DNA from: Leadbetterella sp.
GTDB taxonomy: Bacteria; Bacteroidota; Bacteroidia; Cytophagales; Spirosomataceae
Assembly (NCBI GenBank): GCA_019638185.1
Contig: JAHBUH010000005.1
Coordinates: 61,300-125,299 of the forward strand
DNA length: 64,000 nucleotides
Direction: 5' to 3'
Of the stretch, positions 8,437-17,979 are shown one piece after another; positions within the stretch are counted from its first letter, which is position 1; each line of letters begins with the position of its first letter. The notes beneath the pieces are model-generated. The model worked only from the letters and a program-made list of their open reading frames with translations, did not search any database and was not told the origin of the DNA. Made by a program: the position numbers and the translations under genes.

Positions 8437-11241
8437 ATGAAACGACAGATTTTCAGCCTGGTGCTTACTTTATGCATAAGCACATGGAGTTTTGCACAAA
8501 ACATCAATTTAACCGACAAGCTCCCCATGGACCCTGCCGTGAAGGTGGGAAAACTGCCTAACGGGCTGACCTACTACATCCGCAAGAACGTGGAGCCTAA
8601 AAACCGGGCCGAGCTGCGGCTGGTGATCAAAGCCGGCTCTATCCTGGAGACCGAACCGCAGCGCGGGCTGGCCCACTTTATGGAGCACATGAATTTTAAC
8701 GGCACCAAGAACTTCCCGAAGAATGAGCTGGTGAACTTCCTGGAAAAGAGCGGTATCAAGTTTGGCGCCGATCTGAACGCCTACACCAGTTTTGATGAAA
8801 CGGTGTATATGCTGCCCGTGCCTACGGATACCCTGGCGAAATTTGAAAAATACCTTTCCGTACTGGCCGACTGGTCCGGAAATGCCACTTTAGACCATTC
8901 GGAGATCGATAAAGAACGGGGAGTGGTGATGGAAGAGGCCCGCCTGGGCAAAGGCGCCCGCCAGCGGATCAATGAAAAACTGTATCCCGTGCTTTTCCGG
9001 GGCTCCCGGTATGCCGAAAGGCTGCCTATAGGCCTGGAAAGTGTGATTCAGAATGCCCCTTACGATGAATTTAAGAAATTTAAAGAGCAGTGGTACCGCC
9101 CTGACCTGGAGGCGGTGGTGGCCGTGGGCGACTTTGACCCGGCCGTGGTGGAAGGGATGATCAAAAAGCTCTTCGGAGGCTTCAAAAACCCGAAAAATGC
9201 CCCGGCCAGAACCGAATATAAAGTGCCTTTGTCCGGTGGGACAGATGCCATCGTGATCACCGATAAGGAGCAGCCCTACAGCATGGTGCAGCTGTTTTAC
9301 CTGCAGCCTGAACGCAAGGAGATCACCGGCGCTAACCGCCGGGAGGCCATGATCCGGTCTTTATTTAATACCATGATCAGCCGCCGCCTGAGCGAGCTCC
9401 AGCAGAAAGCCGATCCGCCTTTCCAGTTCGGTATGAGCGGGTATTCTTCTTTCCTGGCCGGCCTGGATGCCCTGAATGCCATAGCCGTAGCCAAAGGAAA
9501 CGATGTGGAGAAAGCGCTGATCGCCGTGCTGGATGAAAACCAGCGGGCCGCTCAGTTCGGGTTTACCCAGGGTGAACTGGACCGGGCCAAGCTGTCGTAC
9601 AAAACCGGGGTGGAAAAGCAGTTTGCCGAAAGAGATAAGACGAACTCGGCTAGTTTTGTGGATGAGCTGGTGCAATGTTTCCTGGATAATGTGGTGATGA
9701 CGGATATTGCGTTCGATAAAACCCTGATGGATCAATACCTGGACGGCATTAAACTGGAAGAAGTGAATGCTTTTGTGAAGCAGGTGATCACCAAAGAAAA
9801 CCGCGTACTGGCCCTGATGGGACCGGAGGCCGCTAAAGACGTCCTGCCTACCGCTGACCGCCTGAAGCAGCTGCTGGATAATACCGGAACTAACATCACC
9901 GCCTATGTAGACGAGGCCGTAGCGGCCTCACTGGTGGCGAAAGTGCCGGCCCCGGGCAAGATCCGCTCCGAAAAGCAGGTGCCTGAAGTGGGTGTAACGG
10001 AGATCGTGTTTGAAAACGGCGTGAAGGTAAATCTGAAACCTACCGACTTTAAAAATGACGAGATCGTTTTCCGCGGAACCCGCTGGGGCGGCACCTCGCT
10101 TTACCCGGATGCCGATGCCGATAATGCCACGTATGCCTCTTTTGTGGCTTCCAGCAGCGGTAACGGCACGCTGACCTCGCCCCAGCTCACTAAGTTTATG
10201 TCAGGCAAAGTAGCCCGGGCCAATGCCTCTGTGGGCAATATTTCGGAAGGATTCTCGGGTATGTCGAACATAAAAGACCTGGAAACCGCCCTGCAACTGG
10301 TTTACAATAAGTTTACGGATAACCACCTGGATAAAGAAGTGGTGACGGGGGCTATCGGTAACCAGCGCGACTACCTGGCTAACATGGAAGCTACCCCTAC
10401 GCCGGAGAAGGTGTACAGTGACACCCTGCAGTCGGTGATTTATAACTACCACCCGCGGGTACGCCCCATGACTTCCGCCCGCTGGGCCGCCCTGAACCCC
10501 GAACGCGCCATGGAGATCTTTAAAGAGCGCTTTGCAGATGCATCCGGTTTTGAGTTTACCTTCGTGGGTAATTTTGATGTGGAAAAGATCAAGCCCCTGC
10601 TGGCTACCTACCTCGGAAGCCTGCCTTCCAGCGGGAAAAAGCCGGAATATAAGGATTTAGGCATTTATCCGCCTAAGGGCAAAGTGTCTAAAACCGTGAA
10701 GAAAGGAAGCGAGGACAAGGCAAACGTTACCCTGCTGTTTACCGGTGAGTACCAGCCGAATGATACGGATGAGCTGCTGTTAACCGCCCTGGGCGAGATT
10801 CTCCAGATCAAGCTGACCGAGAAGCTGCGGGAAGAAGAAGGCGGTGTGTATTCACCGTACGCCAGTATGCGGACTAACCGTTATCCTACGCCCCGCTACC
10901 AGCTCATCGTGGGCTTTGGATGTGCGCCGGCCAATGTGGAGAAGCTGATCACGCTTACCCAGGAGGAGATTGCGAAGATCCGCCAGAACGGGGGTACCCG
11001 TGAGGATATTGAAAAATATGTGAATAACGAAAAACTGAATTTCCAGACTAACCTGAAGAACAATAACTACTGGCTGAATGCCCTTTCTGATAAGTACCAG
11101 AAGGGTGAGGATATCAAAACCATCCCTATGGCCGATAAAAAACTGGAAAAAGTAACCGTGGAAAGTACGAAGGCCATTGCGCAAAAGTACCTGACAGGGG
11201 AGAATTTTATCCGGGTAGTACTGCTTCCGGAGGATAAATAA
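8437..11241 (+). CDS. M16-family zinc metallopeptidase (PqqL-like)
   Basis: 934 aa, signal peptide, inverted zinc motif HFMEH, NAYTSFDETVY, LREEEGGVYS. Confidence 0.92.
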   Translation: MKRQIFSLVLTLCISTWSFAQNINLTDKLPMDPAVKVGKLPNGLTYYIRKNVEPKNRAELRLVIKAGSILETEPQRGLAHFMEHMNFNGTKNFPKNELVNFLEKSGIKFGADLNAYTSFDETVYMLPVPTDTLAKFEKYLSVLADWSGNATLDHSEIDKERGVVMEEARLGKGARQRINEKLYPVLFRGSRYAERLPIGLESVIQNAPYDEFKKFKEQWYRPDLEAVVAVGDFDPAVVEGMIKKLFGGFKNPKNAPARTEYKVPLSGGTDAIVITDKEQPYSMVQLFYLQPERKEITGANRREAMIRSLFNTMISRRLSELQQKADPPFQFGMSGYSSFLAGLDALNAIAVAKGNDVEKALIAVLDENQRAAQFGFTQGELDRAKLSYKTGVEKQFAERDKTNSASFVDELVQCFLDNVVMTDIAFDKTLMDQYLDGIKLEEVNAFVKQVITKENRVLALMGPEAAKDVLPTADRLKQLLDNTGTNITAYVDEAVAASLVAKVPAPGKIRSEKQVPEVGVTEIVFENGVKVNLKPTDFKNDEIVFRGTRWGGTSLYPDADADNATYASFVASSSGNGTLTSPQLTKFMSGKVARANASVGNISEGFSGMSNIKDLETALQLVYNKFTDNHLDKEVVTGAIGNQRDYLANMEATPTPEKVYSDTLQSVIYNYHPRVRPMTSARWAALNPERAMEIFKERFADASGFEFTFVGNFDVEKIKPLLATYLGSLPSSGKKPEYKDLGIYPPKGKVSKTVKKGSEDKANVTLLFTGEYQPNDTDELLLTALGEILQIKLTEKLREEEGGVYSPYASMRTNRYPTPRYQLIVGFGCAPANVEKLITLTQEEIAKIRQNGGTREDIEKYVNNEKLNFQTNLKNNNYWLNALSDKYQKGEDIKTIPMADKKLEKVTVESTKAIAQKYLTGENFIRVVLLPEDK

Positions 11242-11246
11242 GAACT

Positions 11247-11810
11247 ATGGCACTCACTGCATCTAATATGATGAACTTAGGGACAACGGCACCGGATTTC
11301 CGGTTGCCGGATGTCCTGAGTGATACAGAGCGCTCACTGGAGGAGCTCCGGGGGGAAAAAGGCACCCTCGTTATGTTTATCTGTAACCACTGCCCTTATG
11401 TGATCCATGTGATGCCGGAGATCCTGCGGATAGCGGCAGATTACGGCTCAAAAGGCATAGGAGTGGTGGCCATCAGCTCTAATGACGTGGTGGCCTATCC
11501 CCAGGACTCGCCGGAGAAAATGAAGGAATTTGCCGGGCACTGGAAGCTGGATTTTCCGTACCTGTATGATGAGACCCAAAGCGTGGCCCGGGCCTACGAT
11601 GCCGCCTGTACCCCTGATTTTTATTTGTTTGATGCCCATCTGAAGCTGGCGTACCGGGGCCGGCTGGACGAGTCACGGCCGCGCGAGGAAAATCCCAAAC
11701 CCCTGACCGGGAAAGACCTGAGAGGGGCGCTGAATGCGCTTTTATCCGGGCAGCCGCTATCGGAGATCCAGTTCCCGAGTATGGGTTGTAATATCAAATG
11801 GAAGGCCTAG
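11247..11810 (+). CDS. Thioredoxin-fold redoxin (AhpC/TSA-like)
   Basis: FICNHCPYV motif, YDAACTPDFYLFD, C-terminal GCNIKWK. Confidence 0.88.
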   Translation: MALTASNMMNLGTTAPDFRLPDVLSDTERSLEELRGEKGTLVMFICNHCPYVIHVMPEILRIAADYGSKGIGVVAISSNDVVAYPQDSPEKMKEFAGHWKLDFPYLYDETQSVARAYDAACTPDFYLFDAHLKLAYRGRLDESRPREENPKPLTGKDLRGALNALLSGQPLSEIQFPSMGCNIKWKA

Positions 11811-11867
11811 AGGCCGGAACAGGTAATAGGATGCTTAGGGCATTGCGCGCCGGGCGGCGGCACCGGA

Positions 11868-12944
11868 TCAGGGCTTGAAAACCTCTTTCACTGCTTCCAG
11901 GAAACTGCGCCCGAACCGCGTGCAGGGCTCCAGGTGATTGCCTTCGGCCCACTCGTTCCAGGAATTGATGAAGACCAGCTGCTCGTCTTCCGGGAAGTCT
12001 TTCACGTCATTAACGGCGTCTATCAGCGAGGCCTTGAAGTCTTCCACGTTCTGGTTAGCCAGGATCACCGCGTTTTCTCCTTTCCGGGCGGTATTGTCAA
12101 ACCCCACAATAGGGCAGGGGAATCCTTTGTAGCGGATTTTGTGAATGCGGGCCCGGTCCTTGTATTGCTTGTAATCATAGACCTTCAGGGTGGGATTCAG
12201 CACGCCCTGCATCAGGTTCCGGATCATGCGTTTCGGCGTAAAACCGTCTATCCAGAATTCCGACAGCAGGTTATGCCGGGTTTGGAAATGGATGGCACTG
12301 TCAAAACCGATGTCTGCCGGGTTTTTATCCGGGTCATGGGAGTTACTTCCCACAAAATAGGGTTTCGGGATCCCGTTTTCCCGGCATACCGCCTCAAAGA
12401 TGGCCATCATCCGGGACGCATCCGGGAGGTCAAAGGGCTTGTAGACCAGGAACAGGGGGCGCCCGTTAATCTTAATGTATCTTTCGTCTTTGAAGGAACT
12501 CACCAGCCACTCGGCGTGGGCGCGGTGGTCTTCATCGCTGTATTTTTGTTCTATCAGGGTGATGCTTTCCTGGTCTTTGCCTTCCCAGCGGCGTGACCAC
12601 GTCTCATTGGCCCAGAAGTAGCAGAAAGGGAAATCCGGCTTTTTAGAGTCCAGGATCTCATCAATGGGCTGATGGAGCAGCCGTTTCCCCGAAAACCAGT
12701 AGTGGTAATAACAAAAGCCTTCTATGCCGTACGCACGGGCCATCTGCGCGTGCAGTTCGCGGGTTTCCGGCACCCGGAGGTCATAATAGCCGTTATCCGT
12801 AGGAAGCTGGGGTTGGTAATGGCCTTTAAAGAGCGGTTTGGCCGCAGTAACATTAGTCCACTCCGTAAATCCTTTTCCCCACCAGGCATCGTTTTCCGGA
12901 ACCGGGTGGTACTGCGGTAAATAAATCGCTAAGGCTTTCGGCAT
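11868..12944 (-). CDS. WbsX-like / GH99-like domain protein
   Basis: AIYLPQYHPVPENDAWWGKGFTEW start, FCYYHYWF, INSWNEWAEGNHLEP. Confidence 0.88.
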   Translation of the reverse strand: MPKALAIYLPQYHPVPENDAWWGKGFTEWTNVTAAKPLFKGHYQPQLPTDNGYYDLRVPETRELHAQMARAYGIEGFCYYHYWFSGKRLLHQPIDEILDSKKPDFPFCYFWANETWSRRWEGKDQESITLIEQKYSDEDHRAHAEWLVSSFKDERYIKINGRPLFLVYKPFDLPDASRMMAIFEAVCRENGIPKPYFVGSNSHDPDKNPADIGFDSAIHFQTRHNLLSEFWIDGFTPKRMIRNLMQGVLNPTLKVYDYKQYKDRARIHKIRYKGFPCPIVGFDNTARKGENAVILANQNVEDFKASLIDAVNDVKDFPEDEQLVFINSWNEWAEGNHLEPCTRFGRSFLEAVKEVFKP

Positions 12945-13784
12945 TTACTTTTTCAAAAGATTGGTTATGAAAGGAGGCAGTACCTGGCCCATAAACCAGT
13001 TAAAGTTTTTCTTAACTTTTACTCCATCATAATTATCCCTGTTGAAGTGGGTGCCTTCCGGGATCTCTTCTCCAGGACGGGCTTTAAATAAGGTGGATTT
13101 TTTACCCGGAATGATCTCGCCCTCGGGCCTTCCTACCGTAAAGTAAAACAGCCCTATGGATTTCCGGGTCATGCCCGGAGGGCAGCTGATGATCTCCGGC
13201 ACGCCGTGGTAGTTATAGTCGGTTACATCAAACACCACCAGGCGGTTAAACAGGGGCGCCAGTTTCACCTCGCAGCGGGTCATGTCGGTGTCCCACAGCT
13301 CCAGGTCGCCCTTATATTCCGGTTTCCAGTCTTTGTTCAGGTAAAGGATGGCATTGATCCGCCGGGACAGGTGCGGGAGCTTGCCGTGCATGTTAAAGTC
13401 GGCATGTACGCCCAGTTTCCCGCCCGGTTTCAGCTGATGCAGTCCGCCGCCCACAAAATACGGGTCAGGCATCAGGTTTTTGATCCCCGTGAGGGTTTCC
13501 AGGAAGTAGATAAAGGGAGCAGAATTAAACTGGTACAGCAGCTGGGAGGTGAAGTCAGAAACTTTTTCCTCGCCCTGGGCTTCCAGTTTTCCCTCAAAAT
13601 AATTCTCGTATTCTTTCCAGATCTTGACGTCCGGGCTCGGAAAGTCCGCTAACACCTGCTCCAGGGGCTCAGGGTCCATGAAGTTGTCAATGGCAATGTG
13701 AGGAAACGGTTTAGCGCTTTTATATTCTTTTGCTCTGGAGCTGGCCAGCTTCTGTAATTCTGCTGTATTAAAATATAACTTCAT
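12945..13784 (-). CDS. 2OG-Fe(II) oxygenase
   Basis: PFPHIAIDNF, GGGLH...LGVHADFN (HxD), YHG and RKS motifs. Confidence 0.88.
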   Translation of the reverse strand: MKLYFNTAELQKLASSRAKEYKSAKPFPHIAIDNFMDPEPLEQVLADFPSPDVKIWKEYENYFEGKLEAQGEEKVSDFTSQLLYQFNSAPFIYFLETLTGIKNLMPDPYFVGGGLHQLKPGGKLGVHADFNMHGKLPHLSRRINAILYLNKDWKPEYKGDLELWDTDMTRCEVKLAPLFNRLVVFDVTDYNYHGVPEIISCPPGMTRKSIGLFYFTVGRPEGEIIPGKKSTLFKARPGEEIPEGTHFNRDNYDGVKVKKNFNWFMGQVLPPFITNLLKK

Positions 13785-13947
13785 TGAATAGTTCTGATAA
13801 GCGGATACACTTCAAAAAAGTATTTTCCCTGTTTTGAGCCACAAATATACGATTTAAAAAGTGATTGTGCCCATTAAAAAGAACTTAAATAATTTGGTTC
13901 GGGTCTGAGTGCGAGGGAGAAAAGGGGGCCGGATGGCCCTGAACCGG

Positions 13948-15738
13948 CTATTCGTCTCCGGATTCCAGGGTTTTGGTGATCTTGTCAATATTCAGGCTGT
14001 TCGCCATGGCAGTAAAGATCTCATAATAAGTGCCTTTACGGTCAAAAAGCTCTTCGTGCACGCCGCTTTCCACAGCCCGGCCCTGCTCCAGCACCACGAT
14101 GTTTGTGGCATCAATGATCTGGGAAATGCTATGAGAGATGATGATGACGGTCCGGTTAGCCTTAATGGCGTCCAGGCTTTTTTTGATCTGCTCCGTGGCT
14201 ATGGCATCCAGGCTGGCGGTGGGCTCATCCAGGAAGATAATGGGCGGGTTTTTCAGGAAGAGCCGGGCTATGGCTATGCGCTGTTGCTGGCCGCCGGAAA
14301 GCGAACGCGCGTCCGACTGGTAGCCCTCCGGCAGCAGCAGGATCTGGTCATGGATATAGGCTTTTTTAGCCGCGTCCTCCACTTCAGCATCCGTGGCCTC
14401 CGGCTCGCCGTAACGGATATTCTCCGCAATGGTGCCTTTGAAAATGTGGTTTTTCTGCAGCACCAGCCCGATGTTTTTCCGGAGCTCCGTGGTGTTATAG
14501 TCGGCCAGGTCTACACCGTCAATGAAGATCTTGCCGCGAGTAGGCTCATAAAATTTATCCAGCAGGTTCACAATGGTGCTTTTCCCGGCGCCGCTGAGGC
14601 CCACCAGGGCGGTGGTCTGGTCAGGCGGGATGGTCATGCTCACGTTAAAAAGCGCCTGGGTGCCGTTCGGGTACACGAAGTCCACGTTACGCAGCTCGAT
14701 CCGCCCTTTGACCTTTTTAGGGATATACGTACCGCTGTTTTCGATCTGGTGATCCGACTCCAGGATATCGAAAAACCCTTCGGAATAGATGAGGGCATCG
14801 TTTACCTCGTCATAGATGCGGTGGAGCTGCCGGATAGGGGCGGAAATGTTCCCGAAGAGCATCACGTGGAACATGATGGCGCCAATGGTCATCCTTCCCT
14901 CCAGCACAAACCAGGCCGTCAGGATGATGATGATCACTACGCCCACCTGCTCGATCAGGCTTTTGACGCTGTCAAAGATAAAGGCGGTCTTGCGGGTCTC
15001 CAGCTGGTTATTGGTCATGTCGTGCTGGATCACCCGGTGCTTTTCGGCTTCGGCAGACTCCCGCACAAACGACTTGATGACGGTAATGGACTCGATCAGG
15101 CTGATGATGCTGTGGTTTTTAGTTTCACGGTAATTCCGCATCTTCCGCCGGAAACCGCTCAGCTTATTGGCCTGGTATTGGCTGATGTAAAAATAAATGG
15201 GTACTATGCAGAGGCTGACCAGCCCGATCCAGAAGTTGGCCGAAAACATGGCGATCAGCGCCACAATGGCATTGGCAAACAGCGGGAAGATATCAATGAA
15301 AAAGTTCTGCACTAACCGGGTTAGGCTGCTGATCCCGGTGTCAATCCGCGTCTGGAGCTTACCGCTCTCGTTTTCAGTAGAGGTATAAAAGGCCAGACGG
15401 TAGGTCAGGATCTTCTCCACGATGGACTGGGAGAAATCACGGGCAATCAGGATCCGCAGCCGCTCCCCATAGTATTTCTGGCCAAACTGCACCAGGGAAT
15501 TCACGATTTCCTTGCCCAGCAGGATGCTACTGATCACCGTAAGCAGGGAGAAGCCCTTGCTCAGCGGCTCCTTAGCCACCATCAGGTCAGAGATGGAATC
15601 TACCGTATACCGCAGGATATAGGCGTTAACCTGCGCCGCAAATGAACCCACCACCGTAAGGGTAAGCGTCAGGATCACCAGGGTGTTATACGGCCTGACA
15701 AAGGGCCGGAGCTTTTTATATAGTGCGCCTAAAGTCAA
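13948..15738 (-). CDS. ABC transporter, fused permease and ATPase
   Basis: 596 aa (TTG start), TM domain, Walker [17 protein letters not shown] signature, LDEPTASLD. Confidence 0.92.
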   Translation of the reverse strand: MTLGALYKKLRPFVRPYNTLVILTLTLTVVGSFAAQVNAYILRYTVDSISDLMVAKEPLSKGFSLLTVISSILLGKEIVNSLVQFGQKYYGERLRILIARDFSQSIVEKILTYRLAFYTSTENESGKLQTRIDTGISSLTRLVQNFFIDIFPLFANAIVALIAMFSANFWIGLVSLCIVPIYFYISQYQANKLSGFRRKMRNYRETKNHSIISLIESITVIKSFVRESAEAEKHRVIQHDMTNNQLETRKTAFIFDSVKSLIEQVGVVIIIILTAWFVLEGRMTIGAIMFHVMLFGNISAPIRQLHRIYDEVNDALIYSEGFFDILESDHQIENSGTYIPKKVKGRIELRNVDFVYPNGTQALFNVSMTIPPDQTTALVGLSGAGKSTIVNLLDKFYEPTRGKIFIDGVDLADYNTTELRKNIGLVLQKNHIFKGTIAENIRYGEPEATDAEVEDAAKKAYIHDQILLLPEGYQSDARSLSGGQQQRIAIARLFLKNPPIIFLDEPTASLDAIATEQIKKSLDAIKANRTVIIISHSISQIIDATNIVVLEQGRAVESGVHEELFDRKGTYYEIFTAMANSLNIDKITKTLESGDE

Positions 15739-15867
15739 ATTTTTGTCTTTAAATCAGAGTCCAAACCTACACATAAATACGGATTTTGCTGAATAAGAAC
15801 GTATTTATGTCCACGTGCCGGGGAAATTTATAGGCCAAGGAGGGCATCTTGTAGACATAGAGTTCGT

Positions 15868-16986
15868 TTATTTCACCTTCAAAAACCGCCGGGTCAGGTA
15901 CTTCCGCACCGGCTCATCATACAGTTTTAAGGAAACCCAGGCCAGCAGGATACTGACCACCACCAGCGCGGCGGCTCCCGGGAAGGACTCCATGAAGGTC
16001 AGGTTTTCATTTTTCACCCAGGCAAAGTACCAGTAAATGAAGGGGTAATGCACCATATAAAGAGGGTAGGAGATATCGCCCAGGAATTTGCAGATACGGT
16101 CTGTGACGGGGTTCGTGATTTGAGCGGAGGCGCCCAGGTACACCAGCAGGGGGAAGACCAGGATCACACAGAGGGCATCGTACAGGCCGTTCATCCAGAA
16201 GTTTTCCGCACCGCCTATCCGCGGGATGGCCGATAGAATCACGATGACCAGGCCACCGATCCAGAACACCCCTTTTACTTTCACAGGCTTAAAGATGCGG
16301 GAAAGCAGCAGGCCGGCCGGGAAGGCAAACAGCAGCCGCAATGAGCCCCCCAGCATACCTGTAGGTGTCATGGAGAATCCTACGCACAGGTCCCCTTCGG
16401 GCCCGAACATGGCATAGGCAGCCAGCCCCATACCGGCCAGTAAAACCAGTACGGAAAGCGCCCGGGTGGAGAGCTTACGGAGAAGCAGAATATAGAGGAT
16501 ATTACCGATATATTCAAAAAACAAAGACCAGCTGGGCCCGTTCAGGGGGTACATTTCACCCACCCCCCGGATCTCCGAACCGGGTGTGGCGGGAATCAGG
16601 AAAAGATTCAGCAGGGTAGCTACCATCAGCATGGATACGGATATGAGCGACACATCCCACACTTCACAGCCCTGCAGGTAGAATAAAGCAGCCCCGATCA
16701 GCGCGCCCAGCACCACCATGGGGTGCAGGCGTATGACCCGGCGTTTCAGGAAGTCGGCCGTGGTCATGCTTTTATGATCATAGGCATAGCCCATCACAAA
16801 ACCCGAAAGGATAAAGAAGAAATCCACCGCCAGGTACCCGTGATTGATCTCCTGGTCTAAATGACTGGTGGCAAAAGCCTCAAATACGTGAAAGCAGAGA
16901 ACCGTCAGTGCCGCTACTCCACGGAAACCGTCAAGGACGTTATAGTGGGGCTTGGTATCTGCAAATGCTGAAGAAGGTGTTATCAT
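15868..16986 (-). CDS. Acyltransferase family 3 (membrane O-acyltransferase)
   Basis: LDGFRGVAA, VDFFFILSGF, WSLFFEY, LGDISYPLYMVH motifs; about 10 TM helices. Confidence 0.9.
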   Translation of the reverse strand: MITPSSAFADTKPHYNVLDGFRGVAALTVLCFHVFEAFATSHLDQEINHGYLAVDFFFILSGFVMGYAYDHKSMTTADFLKRRVIRLHPMVVLGALIGAALFYLQGCEVWDVSLISVSMLMVATLLNLFLIPATPGSEIRGVGEMYPLNGPSWSLFFEYIGNILYILLLRKLSTRALSVLVLLAGMGLAAYAMFGPEGDLCVGFSMTPTGMLGGSLRLLFAFPAGLLLSRIFKPVKVKGVFWIGGLVIVILSAIPRIGGAENFWMNGLYDALCVILVFPLLVYLGASAQITNPVTDRICKFLGDISYPLYMVHYPFIYWYFAWVKNENLTFMESFPGAAALVVVSILLAWVSLKLYDEPVRKYLTRRFLKVK

Positions 16987-17108
16987 TTTATGCTGTATTT
17001 ATAGATGTCTTTCCTGGCAGAAACGGCAAAAATACAAATTAATTAATAAACGTTCGGGGTAGATTTGCAGTCCAATAGCCGTAACTTGTACATCAATAAA
17101 AATAGTAA

Positions 17109-17822
17109 ATGAAAAATCTGCTTCTTTTTACCCTGGTAATTTTAGGTGTTTCGTGCACCCGCAATGCTTATAATCATCATAACAGCATGAATTCCCTGGA
17201 CTGGTCCGGGCGCTATGAAGGCACCCTGCCCGGTAAAAAAGGCGGTTCAGAGCCGGTGGTATTGGTCCTGAAAGAAGACCTGTCCTATGAAATGACCCGT
17301 AACGGCCGGAAGTCGGAAGGCGGTTTCGCCTGGGGGCCGGACGGCGGCAGCATCATCCTCCCCGAAGAGTCGCTGTATCTTTTCGTAGGCGAGAATTTCC
17401 TGAAAGCGGTCACCCGCAAAGGTAAAGAGGTGGAAGGCGGCAAATACCGGCTGAATAAAACAGAGGACCGCAGCATAAAGGAAAAATACTGGAAGCTCAT
17501 CGAATTAAACGGCAAGCCCGTAACGGTCAGTGAAGGCGGCCGCGAACCCCACCTGATCATCCGGCGGGAAGATAACCGGGTAACCGGTAATGGCGGCTGC
17601 AACGGCTTTGGCGGCACCTATGAACTGAATGAAGCCACCGGAAGAATCCGCTTTTCAAAAGTAGCCGCTACCCTGATGGCCTGCCCATGGGATAACGTGG
17701 AGGGGGAGTTTTTTGAAGTGCTGGATAAAGTAGATAACTTCACCACTGACGGCAAGTTCCTGAGCCTGAATAAGGCCAGAATGGCGCCGCTGGCCCGTTT
17801 TGAGGTGGTGTATTTGAAATAG
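17109..17822 (+). CDS. Lipoprotein, NlpE N-terminal plus META (HslJ-like) domain
   Basis: Lipobox GVSC; SLDWSGRYEGTLP (NlpE-N-like); GNGGCNGFGGTY and ATLMAC (META). Confidence 0.85.
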   Translation: MKNLLLFTLVILGVSCTRNAYNHHNSMNSLDWSGRYEGTLPGKKGGSEPVVLVLKEDLSYEMTRNGRKSEGGFAWGPDGGSIILPEESLYLFVGENFLKAVTRKGKEVEGGKYRLNKTEDRSIKEKYWKLIELNGKPVTVSEGGREPHLIIRREDNRVTGNGGCNGFGGTYELNEATGRIRFSKVAATLMACPWDNVEGEFFEVLDKVDNFTTDGKFLSLNKARMAPLARFEVVYLK

Positions 17823-17890
17823 GGGGTGGAAAATACGGCACCGGTCGTGGGGTATCGGTAACTGGTATCATGTGTTAAACTGTGTAAGTT

Positions 17891-17930
17891 AAAAAAGGAG
17901 GCAGTTCAATTTTGGAGTGCCCCTTTTGTT
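17891..17930. terminator. Probable bidirectional terminator between convergent genes
   Basis: AAAAAAGG-A-GGCA...TGCC-CTTTTGTTT imperfect stem with A and T tracts on either side. Confidence 0.5.
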
Positions 17931-17979
17931 TTGCCCGGAGGAGGGAAATGGGGGTAGTAATTCGCTTTTGAAGCCCAAA

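Noticed and set aside
13909-15315. 468-aa plus-strand ORF
   Set aside because: Antisense shadow of the ABC transporter, typical of GC3-rich coding DNA
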